Made by a program: the position numbers and the translations under genes. Under the pieces are notes generated by a model that worked only from the letters and a program-made list of their open reading frames with translations, searched no databases and had not been told where the DNA came from. Below are positions 29,337 through 39,711 of a stretch of 64,000 nucleotides of DNA, piece by piece; positions within the stretch are counted from its first letter, which is position 1, and each line of letters starts with the position of its first letter. The stretch is taken from positions 2,411-66,410 of the forward strand of contig JAFQEC010000032.1 of assembly GCA_017415805.1 (NCBI GenBank), written 5' to 3'. The DNA comes from Clostridia bacterium. GTDB taxonomy: Bacteria > Bacillota > Clostridia > Oscillospirales > CAG-272.

Positions 29337-29756
29337 ATGGCAATCAACAGAAGAGAAGCACGTGAGGCGGTTTTTGAGCTGCTGTTCGAGACCGAGTTTC
29401 GCAAGGAGGAGGGGGCGGAGTCCATTTATGCCGCCGCCGTGGAAAACCGCGAGATCGCAGAGGACGATTATATCCGCAGCGCTTATTTCGGCGTGCTGTC
29501 ACATCTTGAGGAAATCGATGCGCGCATCAACCGCCATTCCAACGGCTGGAAGACCTCGCGCATTTCGCGCGTGTCACGCTCGATCATTCGCCTTTGCGTG
29601 TATGAAATGCTGTACTGTGCCGATATTCCCGAGAGTGTTTCGCTCAACGAGGCGGTCGAGCTTTGCAAGAAGTTTGACGAGGAAAAGGCGCGCCCCTTCC
29701 TCAACGGCGTACTCAACGGCATCAAAAACGAGATCGTAGGCGAGCGAAATGGCTGA
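29337..29756 (+). CDS. nusB: Transcription antitermination factor NusB
   Basis: RREARE, W..SRIS.V, IRLCVYE, NEAVELCKKF, FLNGVL. Confidence 0.95.
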   Translation: MAINRREAREAVFELLFETEFRKEEGAESIYAAAVENREIAEDDYIRSAYFGVLSHLEEIDARINRHSNGWKTSRISRVSRSIIRLCVYEMLYCADIPESVSLNEAVELCKKFDEEKARPFLNGVLNGIKNEIVGERNG

Positions 29757-30705
29757 GGCCTGCTATATCGGGATCGACACCAGCAATTATACCACCTCGG
29801 TCGCACTGGTAAGTGCGAAGGGCGAGATCCTTGCCAATCTCAAGCGGCCGCTTCCCGTGCGATCGGGCGAGTGCGGTCTGCGGCAAAGCGACGCGGTCTT
29901 TGCGCATGTGCGCAATCTGCCCGTGCTGATGCAGGAGCTGGAGACACTTCTTGCAGGGCGCACGCCCTGTGCCATCGGCGTATCAGCCAAGCCGCGCGAC
30001 GCCGAGGATTCCTATATGCCCTGCTTTCTCGCGGGCGTTGCGGCGGCTGAGGCCATGGCAGCGGGATTGCACGTGCCACTCCTGCGCTTCTCGCACCAAA
30101 ACGGACACCTGATGGCCGCACTGCACGGCGCAGGTGCGAGCGAAGCACTGTTCGGTCGGCCCTTCGGCGCCTTTCACGTTTCGGGCGGCACCACAGAGCT
30201 TTTGTACGTTCGCCCGCGCGGCCTTGATTTTTCGGTGGAGAAGGTCGGCGGAACGGCCGATCTCAATGCGGGGCAGGCTGTCGATCGCATCGGCGTGATG
30301 CTGGGGCTGGATTTCCCGTGCGGCCCTGCGCTGGAGCTGCTGGCGGGCGAGAACACGGCACGTGTGCCGAAGCCGCGTGTTTCGGTGAAAGGCATGAATT
30401 GCAATCTCTCGGGATTGGAAAACCTTGCGCGTGCACTGCTGGAAAAAAGCGGCGATCGCGCGCTGAGCGCCGCTTATACACTGGATTTTATCGCACAGAC
30501 CCTTGGCACTATGGCAGAGAATTTTCGCGCGGAGCACGGCCCCTTGCCGCTGCTGTTTGCAGGCGGCGTGATGAGCAACCGCCGCATCACCGCCGCGCTC
30601 GCCGCGCGCTTGCCCGAGGTCTTCTTTGCGCCCCCTGCCTATTCCGCCGATAATGCGGTAGGTGTGGCGCTGCTGTGCCGTGCACGGCATATGGCGGAAA
30701 ATTAA
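29749..30705 (+). CDS. TsaD/Kae1-like ASKHA protein (peptidase M22 paralog)
   Basis: IGIDTSNYTTS, SHQNGH, VSGGTT, GQAVDR, GGVMSN, DNAVG. Confidence 0.85.
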   Translation: MAEACYIGIDTSNYTTSVALVSAKGEILANLKRPLPVRSGECGLRQSDAVFAHVRNLPVLMQELETLLAGRTPCAIGVSAKPRDAEDSYMPCFLAGVAAAEAMAAGLHVPLLRFSHQNGHLMAALHGAGASEALFGRPFGAFHVSGGTTELLYVRPRGLDFSVEKVGGTADLNAGQAVDRIGVMLGLDFPCGPALELLAGENTARVPKPRVSVKGMNCNLSGLENLARALLEKSGDRALSAAYTLDFIAQTLGTMAENFRAEHGPLPLLFAGGVMSNRRITAALAARLPEVFFAPPAYSADNAVGVALLCRARHMAEN

Positions 30706-30723
30706 GCACGAAAGGAGAAGCGT

Positions 30724-31935
30724 ATGTCTGCCAATCTGCTGACGGTAACCGAGCTCAACGAGTATTTGCGTATGCTTATGGACGGCAATCCGCTTCTCGG
30801 CAACGTTTTCGTGCGCGGTGAGATCTCCAATTTCACCAATCACTATAAAACAGGGCATTTTTACTTTTCCCTGAAGGATGAGGGCGGTGCTTTGCGCGCC
30901 GTGATGTTCCGTTCGTATGCGGCAAGGCTCGCTTTTTTGCCCGAGAACGGCATGAAGGTGATCCTGCACGGCCGCGTGAGCGTTTATCCGCGCAACGGCG
31001 AGTATCAGATCTACGTGGACGATATGCAGCCCGACGGCGTTGGTGCGCTGTGGCTGGCTTACGAGCAGCTGCGCCAAAAATTGGAAGGAGAGGGGCTGTT
31101 CGATCCTGCGCGCAAGCGCGCCTTGCCCCCTTATCCCGCACGCATCGGCATCATCACCTCGCCCACGGGCGCGGCGGTGCGTGATATGATCCAGATCCTC
31201 GGCCGCCGCTATCCCGCGGCCGAGGTGATCCTGTATCCCGCGCTGGTGCAGGGTACGGATGCGCCCAAGAGCCTGATCGCAGGGCTTCGGCTGTTTGCCA
31301 CCGCGCTGCCCGTGGACGTGATCCTGCTGGGACGCGGCGGTGGCTCTGCCGAGGATCTGTTTGCCTTTAACAACGAGGAGCTGGCGCGCGCCGTGGCGGC
31401 ATCGCCGATCCCTGTGGTGAGTGCGGTCGGGCACGAGACCGATTTTACGATCTGTGATTTCGTGGCCGATCTGCGCGCGCCCACGCCCTCTGCGGCGGCC
31501 GAGCTGGCCGTGCCCGATGCCGCGGAGCTGCGCCGTGCGCTGTCGGCGACGGCGGAGCGCATGAGCGCGACCCTCTCGCATCGCATTTCACATGCGCGTG
31601 CGCGGCTCGATGCGTTGGCCGCATCGGGGGCATTGCGCTCACCGCGATACACCCTGGACGAAAAGCGCATGGCGCTGGGGATGGCCGAGCAGCGGCTGGT
31701 GCATCTGACCGAGCAGGGGATGCACACGGCACACAGCTCGCTTACCGCGCTCTGCGCGCGCCTGAAGGGCCTCAACCCCTTGGACGTGCTCACGCGCGGC
31801 TATGCGGCAGTCTTTGACGGTGCGCATCGCCCGATCACGCGTGCCGCCGAGCTCGCGGCAGGGCAGACCGTCCACATTCAATTTTCCGACAAAACGGCGG
31901 ATGCCACGGTCAGCGGCATCCGAGAAAGCGAGTAA
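30724..31935 (+). CDS. xseA: Exodeoxyribonuclease VII large subunit
   Basis: GEISNF, GHFYFSLKD, ITSPTGAAVRD, RGGGSAEDL, AVGHETDFT, APTPSAAAE. Confidence 0.97.
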   Translation: MSANLLTVTELNEYLRMLMDGNPLLGNVFVRGEISNFTNHYKTGHFYFSLKDEGGALRAVMFRSYAARLAFLPENGMKVILHGRVSVYPRNGEYQIYVDDMQPDGVGALWLAYEQLRQKLEGEGLFDPARKRALPPYPARIGIITSPTGAAVRDMIQILGRRYPAAEVILYPALVQGTDAPKSLIAGLRLFATALPVDVILLGRGGGSAEDLFAFNNEELARAVAASPIPVVSAVGHETDFTICDFVADLRAPTPSAAAELAVPDAAELRRALSATAERMSATLSHRISHARARLDALAASGALRSPRYTLDEKRMALGMAEQRLVHLTEQGMHTAHSSLTALCARLKGLNPLDVLTRGYAAVFDGAHRPITRAAELAAGQTVHIQFSDKTADATVSGIRESE

Positions 31936-31937
31936 AT

Positions 31938-32171
31938 ATGGCAAACGAAGAAATGCGCTTTGAAGAAGCAATGGCGGCACTGGAGGAGCTGGTGGCGCGA
32001 TTGGAGGCGGGCAAGGTCGGTCTTGACGAGTCGCTTGCGCTCTATGAGCAGGGCATGCGGCTGGTTCGTCTGTGCAACGCACAGCTCGATCGCGCACAGC
32101 AGCGCGTTGCCGCGGTCCGCATGACCGAAGAGGGCCTTGTGACCGAGCCCTTTGACGGAGCGAAGGCATGA
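31938..32171 (+). CDS. xseB: Exodeoxyribonuclease VII small subunit
   Basis: FEEAMAALEELVARLE, LDESLALYEQG. Confidence 0.95.
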   Translation: MANEEMRFEEAMAALEELVARLEAGKVGLDESLALYEQGMRLVRLCNAQLDRAQQRVAAVRMTEEGLVTEPFDGAKA

Positions 32172-33052
32172 ATATTTCGCAAATACTGGAACAAAACGCC
32201 GCACTGGTCGAGACCGCGCTTCGCGAGGCATTGGCGCTCAGCGACCCCGATTTTGAAGCTGTGCTTTCTGCCGAGCGTTACAGTCTGCTGGCGGGCGGCA
32301 AGCGCATCCGCCCCACCCTGGTGCTGGAGCTCTGCCGATTGCTTGGCGGCACCGATACCGCGGCACTTCCGTTCGCCGTGGCTGTCGAGATGGTGCACAC
32401 CTATTCGCTCATTCACGACGATCTGCCCTGCATGGATGACGACGATCTGCGCCGCGGTTTGCCGACCTGTCACAAGAAATTCGGCGAGGCCACCGCACTG
32501 CTCGCAGGGGACGGACTTCTGACGCGTGCGTTTGGCGTGGCGGCGGGCAATACTGCCGTTTCGGCTGAGCAGGCACTGGCCGCCGTGCGTGTGCTGTCGC
32601 ACGCGGCGGGGAGCTTTGGCATGATCGGCGGACAGGTGATGGATCTGGCGGGAGAGGGCACACACCTCACCGAGCAAGCGCTTTGCAAGCTGCACGCACA
32701 CAAAACGGGCGCGCTCATTCGCGCGAGTGCGTTGCTTGGGTGTCTCGCGGCGGGCTTGCGCGAGGATGATCCGCGTGTCGCGGCGGCTTCGCGCTTTGCC
32801 GACGGGATCGGGCTTGCGTTTCAGATCGTGGATGACGTGCTGGATGCGACCGCAAGCACCGAGGTGCTCGGCAAGAGCGCGGGCTCGGACGAGCGAAGCG
32901 AAAAGACCACGTTTTTAACCTACTATACACCCGAAGCGGCGCTCGCGTATGCACGCCGCGTGACCGATGCGGCCAAGCAAGCGCTCGCGGTATTTCCGCG
33001 CACCGAACGGCTGCTGGCACTGGCCGATCATCTGATTGAGAGAAAAAATTAA
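32168..33052 (+). CDS. ispA: Geranyltranstransferase / farnesyl diphosphate synthase
   Basis: GGKRIRP, LIHDDLPCMDDDDLRRG, GGQVMD, KTG, FQIVDDVLD. Confidence 0.95.
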   Translation: MNISQILEQNAALVETALREALALSDPDFEAVLSAERYSLLAGGKRIRPTLVLELCRLLGGTDTAALPFAVAVEMVHTYSLIHDDLPCMDDDDLRRGLPTCHKKFGEATALLAGDGLLTRAFGVAAGNTAVSAEQALAAVRVLSHAAGSFGMIGGQVMDLAGEGTHLTEQALCKLHAHKTGALIRASALLGCLAAGLREDDPRVAAASRFADGIGLAFQIVDDVLDATASTEVLGKSAGSDERSEKTTFLTYYTPEAALAYARRVTDAAKQALAVFPRTERLLALADHLIERKN

Positions 33053-33055
33053 CGC

Positions 33056-33559
33056 ATGGAGTTTGAAATGATACAACTGAAAAATCACCTGATCGATCTT
33101 GTCACCAACCCCGTACTGTTGGCTGCGGTAGTGGCGTGGCTGATCGCACAGATCCTCAAGATCTTCACCTCGCCCTCACACCGCGAGAACATTTCGTTTT
33201 TGCGCTTTGTGCTGGGCAGTGGCGGTATGCCCAGCTCACACTCGGCGGCGGTTTGCGCCACCTGCTTTTCGTGCGGCATCATCTATGGCTACGACTCGGC
33301 GATCTTTGCGGTCTCCGCGGTGCTGGCTGTGGTCGTGATGCGTGATGCCGCAGGCATCCGCCGCGAGGCAGGAAAGCAGGCGCAGGTCATCAATCAGGTC
33401 TCGCAGGAGCTCAGCAAAAAGCGAAAGAGCTTTATGGTATCCAATCTCCAGGAGCTGCTGGGGCATACCCCCTTACAGGTTCTGTTTGGCGGCTTGCTCG
33501 GGCTTGCAATGGCGTATTTTTGCCAGTGCTGGCTGTTCTTGAAGATCCTGCCCGTATAA
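33056..33559 (+). CDS. Divergent PAP2 family (DUF212) membrane protein
   Basis: AQILK, SGGMPSSHSA, DAAGIRREAG, LGHTP; start could be 33068. Confidence 0.9.
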   Translation: MEFEMIQLKNHLIDLVTNPVLLAAVVAWLIAQILKIFTSPSHRENISFLRFVLGSGGMPSSHSAAVCATCFSCGIIYGYDSAIFAVSAVLAVVVMRDAAGIRREAGKQAQVINQVSQELSKKRKSFMVSNLQELLGHTPLQVLFGGLLGLAMAYFCQCWLFLKILPV

Positions 33560-33563
33560 CGTC

Positions 33564-34346
33564 ATGCGTTTGGATGTATATCTTGCAGCCAACGGCTATG
33601 CCGAGAGCCGCGAGCGCGCCAAGCGGCTGATCGAATCGGGCGCGGTTACGGTGGGCGGCGCTCTTGCCCAAAAGGCCGCGCAGGAGGTGGTGGGCGCGCC
33701 CGCGATCACCGTGCGCGAGGAGCGCTTTGTAGGGCGCGGCGGTGAGAAGCTGGATGCTGCCTTGCGCTTATTTTCGGTTGATCCGCGCGGCCTTCATGCG
33801 CTGGATATCGGTGCTTCCACGGGGGGCTTTACCGATTGCCTTTTGCAGCATGGCGCAGCCGCGGTGGTGGCACTGGACGCAGGCATGGGACAGCTGCATC
33901 CGCGGTTGCTTGCCGATGCGCGTGTGAGAAATATTGAAAAATACAACGCGCGTGAGCTCGCGCCCGCCGATGTCGGCACGGTCGAGCTTGTTGTGATGGA
34001 TGTTTCCTTTATTTCGCAGACCTATATTTTGCCGCGTATCCCCTCGGTGCTCTCCGAGGATGGACGATTGATCTCGCTCGTGAAGCCGCAATTTGAGGCG
34101 GGGCGTACAGCTCTGAACAAGAAGGGGCTCGTGAAGCATCCGCGTGACCGCGTGATGGCCGTACGGCGCGTGCTGTCGGCCGCGGCCGAGGCAGGGCTTC
34201 GGTGCGTGGGGCTTGCCCCCTCGCCGATCCGCGGGGGCGACGGCAACGAGGAATATTTAGCCGTGTTTGAAAAGAGCGCGGATTGCAGGGGCAATTTGCA
34301 CATTTCGGTGGAAAAAACAGTTTTGGAAGGGGCGGTGAGCCAATGA
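33564..34346 (+). CDS. tlyA: TlyA-family rRNA 2'-O-methyltransferase
   Basis: MRLDVYL (S4 domain), RGGEKL, DIGASTGGFTDCLLQ, DVSFIS, VKPQFE, GNEEY. Confidence 0.95.
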   Translation: MRLDVYLAANGYAESRERAKRLIESGAVTVGGALAQKAAQEVVGAPAITVREERFVGRGGEKLDAALRLFSVDPRGLHALDIGASTGGFTDCLLQHGAAAVVALDAGMGQLHPRLLADARVRNIEKYNARELAPADVGTVELVVMDVSFISQTYILPRIPSVLSEDGRLISLVKPQFEAGRTALNKKGLVKHPRDRVMAVRRVLSAAAEAGLRCVGLAPSPIRGGDGNEEYLAVFEKSADCRGNLHISVEKTVLEGAVSQ

Positions 34347-35224
34347 CAGTCAAAAGTGTTGCACTGATCACAAATTTTAATATCTATGACAAGGCCAATG
34401 CCGCGATGCGTGTGGCAGAGGAGCTGGTACAGTACGATGTGCGCATCCTGATCGCTTCGGTGAACAAGGATAAGATCTTCCGCATGCGCCGCAATCGCAA
34501 GGAGTATACCTATCTCCCCTTGGAGGAGATCTACCGCGAGGCCGATTGCATCATCGTGCTGGGCGGCGACGGAACGCTGCTCGATGCCGCGCGGCGTGCG
34601 GCGCCCCTTGGCAAGCCCTTGCTTGGCATCAATATGGGGCGGCTTGGCTATATGACCGAGCTGGAGATCTCGGATCTTGCGCAGCTCGCCAAGCTCTTTT
34701 CGGGCGAGTTTACCGTTGACGAGCGCACCATGCTCTCGGTGCGGATCCTCGCGCAAAACGATGCGGTCAAGGCAGAGTCCTTTGCCCTCAATGACGCCGT
34801 GATCTCAAACGGCTCGGTCGCGCGAATCGTGGATCTGGAGCTTTACGAGAACTGCGAGCTGATCTCGACCTACCGTGCAGACGGCTTGATCGTGGCAACG
34901 CCCACGGGCTCTACGGCGTATTCCATGTCGGCAGGCGGTCCGATCACAGATCCCCATCTGCCCTGCTTTTGCATCACGCCCGTGTGTCCGCATTCGCTCT
35001 CGGCGCGTCCGCTTCTGTTCCGCGACGACGCCGTGCTGGATATCAAAAACATCTGTCAGCGCGAGAAGATGCTCTATCTGACCCTGGACGGGCGCAACAA
35101 TTTTGAGATCTATCGCGGTGACCGTGTGCGCATCACGCGCGCGCCGATGCTCACGCGCCTGATCCGCTTTCAGAGTGGCGGATTTTATAAAAAGTTGCAG
35201 AAAAAACTGAATTCATATGAGTAA
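34343..35224 (+). CDS. nadK: NAD kinase
   Basis: LGGDGTLL, GINMGRLGY, LND, DGLIVATPTGSTAYSMSAGGP. Confidence 0.96.
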   Translation: MTVKSVALITNFNIYDKANAAMRVAEELVQYDVRILIASVNKDKIFRMRRNRKEYTYLPLEEIYREADCIIVLGGDGTLLDAARRAAPLGKPLLGINMGRLGYMTELEISDLAQLAKLFSGEFTVDERTMLSVRILAQNDAVKAESFALNDAVISNGSVARIVDLELYENCELISTYRADGLIVATPTGSTAYSMSAGGPITDPHLPCFCITPVCPHSLSARPLLFRDDAVLDIKNICQREKMLYLTLDGRNNFEIYRGDRVRITRAPMLTRLIRFQSGGFYKKLQKKLNSYE

Positions 35225-35236
35225 AAGAGGTAGAAG

Positions 35237-35692
35237 ATGAAGACCAACAGACAGAAGAAGATCCTGGAGATCGTTGCGCGCCATCACGTGGAGACGCAGG
35301 ATGACCTGATCTATCACCTGATGGAGGAGGGCTACTCGGTCACGCAGGCAACCATCTCGCGCGACATTCGCGAGCTCCAGCTGACCAAGGTCCTCACGGG
35401 AAAGGGCAGCTATCGCTACGTTGCCCCCAAGAAGGAGGACATGGTGACGGGCATGAAGTTCAACGCCGCACTGGTCGATTCGATCACCAGCGTGGACTAT
35501 GCGCAGAACATCATCGTCATCAAGACCTACCCGGGGCTCGCACAGGCAGTCGCGGCAGGTGTGGACAACCTGTCGCTCGCGGACCTGCTCGGTTGTGTGG
35601 CAGGGGATGATACCATCCTGATCGCCACGCGCAGCGAGATCTCGGCCAAGCTCATCAGCGAGCGCATCCGTATTATGATGAAGGCGGGCTGA
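35237..35692 (+). CDS. argR: Arginine repressor
   Basis: RQKKILEI, TQATISRDIREL, VIKTYPG, AGDDTI. Confidence 0.96.
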   Translation: MKTNRQKKILEIVARHHVETQDDLIYHLMEEGYSVTQATISRDIRELQLTKVLTGKGSYRYVAPKKEDMVTGMKFNAALVDSITSVDYAQNIIVIKTYPGLAQAVAAGVDNLSLADLLGCVAGDDTILIATRSEISAKLISERIRIMMKAG

Positions 35693-35693
35693 T

Positions 35694-37367
35694 ATGCTGG
35701 ATTCGCTTCACATTGAGAACATGGCGGTCATACGGTCGCTGGATGTCGATTTTGGGGGCGGTCTTTCGGTGATCAGCGGTGAAACGGGCTCGGGCAAGTC
35801 GGTGATGATGGATTCGTTGGCGTTTTTGCTGGGCGGACGGCCCGAGCGCGAGCTTGTGCGCAGCGGCACCGAGCAAGCGCTGGTCAGCGCGGTATTCTCA
35901 AATATCGGTGCGGCGGCTACGGCTTATCTTGCCGAGCAAGGGCTTGAGGCCGAGGATGAGCTGCTTTTGCAGCGCACGCTCACGGCGGACGGCAAATCGC
36001 GCTGCCGTCTCAACGGCCGCGCGGTGCCACAGTCGATCCTGCGCGGCCTTTCGGGGTATCTGGTGAGCATCCACGGTCAAAACGACAATCAGCTGCTGCT
36101 GCAAAAGGCGGCGCAGGCACGGATCTTGGATTCCTGTGCCGATTTCGGGGATACCACGGAGCGTTACACCGCCGCCTTTGCGGCGTATACCGAGACAGAG
36201 CGCCGTCTTGCATCCTTGCGCCGTGACAGCGCAGAGCAAAGCCGTCTGCGCGATATGCTGGAATTTCAGATCGCCGATATTGATGCCGCCAAGCTCCGAT
36301 GCGGTGAGGAGGAGGAGCTGCTCGCGCGCCGCGTGAAGCTGCAAAATGCCGAGCGCATCGCCAAGCAGACCGCGTTTTTGTACCGCGCGCTGTACGGGAG
36401 CGAAAAGGGCAGTGCTGCGCTGATCTTAGAGCGCGCCTCACAGGCCATGCACCAGCTCTCGGGCATGATGACGGGCGCAGAGGAAATGGCACAAAAGCTG
36501 ATGAGCATGCGCTATGAGGTGGAGGATATGGCCAACACCGCGCGCGACTTTGCCGAGGATTTTGACACCGACCCCACCGAGGCACTCAACCGCGTGGAGG
36601 CTCGACTGGATACCATCACCAAGCTGCGCCGCAAATACGGCGCGGATATTGCCGAGATCCTGGAGTTTCGCCGTACCGCGGCAGAGCGACTTTCTCTGCT
36701 GGAGAATACCGAGCGATCCGAGGCCGAGCTGCAAAAGCAGCTCGCCGCACAAAGATCCGAGCTGACGCTGCTGGCCGACGCCTTGCATCAGGCACGCGAG
36801 AGGGCGGCAGAGGAGCTTTGCGCACGCGTGCTGGCCGAGCTTTCCTTCTTGGATATGCCCGCAGTGCGCTTTGATATTGCACTTGCGCGCACGGCGGAAT
36901 TCGGCGCGCACGGCAACGACGACGTGGAGTTTTGCATCGCCACCAACCCGGGTGAGCCTCTTTTGCCCCTCTCACGCATCGCATCGGGCGGGGAGCTGGC
37001 ACGCATCATGCTGGCCCTCAAAAGCGTGCTCAACGAGCGCGACGGCGTTGCAACGGCGGTCTTTGACGAGGTCGATACGGGTATTTCGGGCAAGACCGCG
37101 CGCAAGATCGGCATTAAGCTTTCCGAGATCGGCCGCGCTACACAGGTGATCTCCATCACCCACTCGGCGCAGATCGCATCGCTTGCAAGCGCACATTACC
37201 GCATTGTCAAGCACGCCGAGCACGACCGTGCGCACACCACCGTTGAGCGCTTGGACGAGCAGGGACGCGTTGCCGAGGTGGCGCGTATTCTGGGCGGCCT
37301 TTCGGTCACCGAGGCACAGCGCGAGGCGGCGCGCGAGATGATCGAGGAGGGCAGGGCCTACCGATGA
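35694..37367 (+). CDS. recN: DNA repair protein RecN
   Basis: SGETGSGKS, IHGQ, IASGGELARIMLALK, FDEVDTGISG, ITHSAQIA. Confidence 0.97.
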   Translation: MLDSLHIENMAVIRSLDVDFGGGLSVISGETGSGKSVMMDSLAFLLGGRPERELVRSGTEQALVSAVFSNIGAAATAYLAEQGLEAEDELLLQRTLTADGKSRCRLNGRAVPQSILRGLSGYLVSIHGQNDNQLLLQKAAQARILDSCADFGDTTERYTAAFAAYTETERRLASLRRDSAEQSRLRDMLEFQIADIDAAKLRCGEEEELLARRVKLQNAERIAKQTAFLYRALYGSEKGSAALILERASQAMHQLSGMMTGAEEMAQKLMSMRYEVEDMANTARDFAEDFDTDPTEALNRVEARLDTITKLRRKYGADIAEILEFRRTAAERLSLLENTERSEAELQKQLAAQRSELTLLADALHQARERAAEELCARVLAELSFLDMPAVRFDIALARTAEFGAHGNDDVEFCIATNPGEPLLPLSRIASGGELARIMLALKSVLNERDGVATAVFDEVDTGISGKTARKIGIKLSEIGRATQVISITHSAQIASLASAHYRIVKHAEHDRAHTTVERLDEQGRVAEVARILGGLSVTEAQREAAREMIEEGRAYR

Positions 37368-37423
37368 GCGATCCCAAGCGTGCTTGAAGGCGCAAAAAGT
37401 GCGGATGAAATGTCGGGGAATAC

Positions 37424-37452
37424 TTGACAAGAGCCGCGAAGAAGAGTAAAAT
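37424..37452 (+). promoter_or_regulatory. sigmaA promoter of glyQS
   Basis: TTGACA-17bp-TAAAAT. Confidence 0.8.
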
Positions 37453-37482
37453 AACAATATTACAGCAAATTGAGGAGATACT

Positions 37483-38898
37483 ATGAACAACCTGGAAAAA
37501 ACAATGGATAAGATCGTCGCCCTTTGCAAGAACCGCGGCTTTATTTTCCCCGGCTCGGAGATCTACGGCGGCCTTGCCAACTCCTGGGACTACGGCCCTC
37601 TTGGCGTGGAGTTCAAGAACAACGTCAAAAAGGCATGGTGGAAGAAGTTCGTGCAGGAGAGCCGCTACAACGTCGGCCTGGACAGCGCGATCATCATGAA
37701 CCCCGAGGCATGGGTGGCATCGGGCCACGTGGGTGGATTTTCCGATCCGCTGATGGACTGCAAAGCCTGCAAGGCGCGTCACCGTGCGGACAAGCTCATC
37801 GAGGAGTATGCCTTCGAGAACGGCCTTGAGGACAACCCCGCAGGCTGGAGCTTTGAGCAGATGTCTGCGTATATCGAGGAGAAGGGCATCGTTTGCCCCA
37901 CCTGCGGCAAAAAGGACTTCACCGCCATCAAGAAGTTCAATCTGATGTTCAAGACCTTCATCGGTGTCACCGAGGATTCGACCAACACCGTGTATCTGCG
38001 CCCCGAGACCGCACAGGGAATTTTTGTGAATTTCCCCGCGATCCAGCGCTCCACGCGCCGCAAGTTGCCCTTTGGTGTTTGCCAGATCGGCAAATCCTTC
38101 CGAAACGAGATCACGCCCGGTAACTTCGTGTTCCGCACGCGCGAGTTCGAGCAGATGGAGCTGGAGTTCTTCTGCAAGCCCGGCACGGATCTGGAGTGGT
38201 TCGCCTACTGGAAGGATTTTTGCAAGAAGTGGCTGCTCGATCTCGGCATGCGTGAGGAGAATCTGCGTCTGCGCGATCACGACCCCGAGGAGCTGGCCTT
38301 CTATTCCAAGGGCACCACGGACTTTGAGTTCCTGTTCCCGTTTGGCTGGGGCGAGCTGTGGGGAATTGCTGACCGTACCGACTACGATCTCGGTCAGCAC
38401 GCCAAGCACTCCAACAAGGATATGACCTATTTCGACCCCGAGACAAACGAGCGCTACACCCCCTACGTGGTAGAGCCGTCGCTGGGCGCGGACCGCGTGG
38501 CGCTCGCCTTCCTTGTCGATGCCTATGACGAAGAGGTGATCGACGAGGCGAAGAACGACGTGCGCGTGGTGCTGCATCTGCATCCCGCACTCGCACCCTA
38601 CAAGGTGGCGGTGCTGCCCCTCTCCAAAAAGCTCTCCGACAAGGCACTTGAGGTGCGTGACGAGCTGGCCAAGTATTTTGCCGTGGATTACGACGAGACG
38701 GGCTCGATCGGCAAGCGTTACCGCCGCGAGGATGAGATCGGCACGCCCCTTTGCGTGACCGTGGACTTTGAGACGGTTGGCGACGGCGAGAAGGCCGCTG
38801 ACAACTGCGTGACCGTGCGTGACCGCGATACCATGGAGCAGGTCCGCATTCCGATCAGCGAGCTCAAGGACTATATTGAGAAGAAAATTGCATTTTAA
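37483..38898 (+). CDS. glyQS: Glycyl-tRNA synthetase (alpha2 homodimeric type)
   Basis: [56 protein letters not shown]. Confidence 0.98.
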   Translation: MNNLEKTMDKIVALCKNRGFIFPGSEIYGGLANSWDYGPLGVEFKNNVKKAWWKKFVQESRYNVGLDSAIIMNPEAWVASGHVGGFSDPLMDCKACKARHRADKLIEEYAFENGLEDNPAGWSFEQMSAYIEEKGIVCPTCGKKDFTAIKKFNLMFKTFIGVTEDSTNTVYLRPETAQGIFVNFPAIQRSTRRKLPFGVCQIGKSFRNEITPGNFVFRTREFEQMELEFFCKPGTDLEWFAYWKDFCKKWLLDLGMREENLRLRDHDPEELAFYSKGTTDFEFLFPFGWGELWGIADRTDYDLGQHAKHSNKDMTYFDPETNERYTPYVVEPSLGADRVALAFLVDAYDEEVIDEAKNDVRVVLHLHPALAPYKVAVLPLSKKLSDKALEVRDELAKYFAVDYDETGSIGKRYRREDEIGTPLCVTVDFETVGDGEKAADNCVTVRDRDTMEQVRIPISELKDYIEKKIAF

Positions 38899-38938
38899 GC
38901 AAAAAAAGCGGCGCTGTTGCGCCGCTTTTTGCTTTTTC
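38897..38938 (+). terminator. Intrinsic terminator after glyQS
   Basis: aaaaagcggcgc-tgtt-gcgccgcttttt. Confidence 0.85.
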
Positions 38939-38940
38939 TA

Positions 38941-38969
38941 TTGCATTTTTGCTTCCTTTATGATAAAAT
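38941..38969 (+). promoter_or_regulatory. sigmaA promoter of the kinase-RRE-peptidase operon
   Basis: TTGCAT-17bp-TAAAAT with extended -10 TG. Confidence 0.7.
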
Positions 38970-39000
38970 AAGTGCATATGAGAAAAAAGGGGGGATCGGC

Positions 39001-39711
39001 TTGAAGATCCGTATTGCAGAGCTGAATATCGAGATCCAAAACCGATACCCGTATACCGCACGGCAATGTGTGGGCTATGAGGCGGAGTTTGACCGCGCGG
39101 ACATTACGGTCTGCGTGCCGATCGAGGACGTCAAGCGCGAGTTTGAGCGCTCTGTCGAGGGGTGCTCACCCGGTTACGCCGAGTTCATCTGCATTTACCG
39201 CGCCATCGCACGCGAGCTGCCGCGCTTCGGTGCGTTCGTGTTTCACGCATCGGTGGTGGAGTGTGACGGCAGGGCATACGCCTTTACCGCCACCAGCGGC
39301 ACGGGCAAATCCACCCACACCGCACTCTGGTTGCAGGAATTCGGCGCGCGCGCGCGCATCATCAACGGCGACAAGCCCATCTTTCGCTTTTTTGGGGATA
39401 CGCTCTACGCCTGCGGCACGCCCTGGTGCGGCAAGGAGCGACAGGGCTGTAACGCCGTATCACCCTTGGCGGCACTCTGCTTTCTGGAGCGCGATACCGT
39501 CAACCGCATCGCACCCATTGACGATGCCGAGGCGGTGAAGCATCTGTTCCATCAGATCTTTATCCCCGAGAGCATCGAGGCAGCAGGTCTGCTGTTTGAC
39601 CTGCTCGACCGAACCGTACGCAATATCCCGACCTATTTGTTGGGGTGCAATATCTCGCCCGAGGCCGCACACGTGGCCTACCGCGGCATGCAGAGAGGAG
39701 AAAACGAATGA
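39001..39711 (+). CDS. HPr-kinase-related P-loop protein (HprK-rel/ScmC-like)
   Basis: FHASVVECDGRAYAFTATSGTGKST (His plus Walker A), IINGDKP, GTPWCG; likely TTG start behind aaaggggg. Confidence 0.85.
   Translation: MKIRIAELNIEIQNRYPYTARQCVGYEAEFDRADITVCVPIEDVKREFERSVEGCSPGYAEFICIYRAIARELPRFGAFVFHASVVECDGRAYAFTATSGTGKSTHTALWLQEFGARARIINGDKPIFRFFGDTLYACGTPWCGKERQGCNAVSPLAALCFLERDTVNRIAPIDDAEAVKHLFHQIFIPESIEAAGLLFDLLDRTVRNIPTYLLGCNISPEAAHVAYRGMQRGENE

Noticed and set aside
35207-35223. ARG-box-like tgaattcatatgag just before argR
   Set aside because: Single imperfect match within nadK coding sequence, with no associated promoter seen
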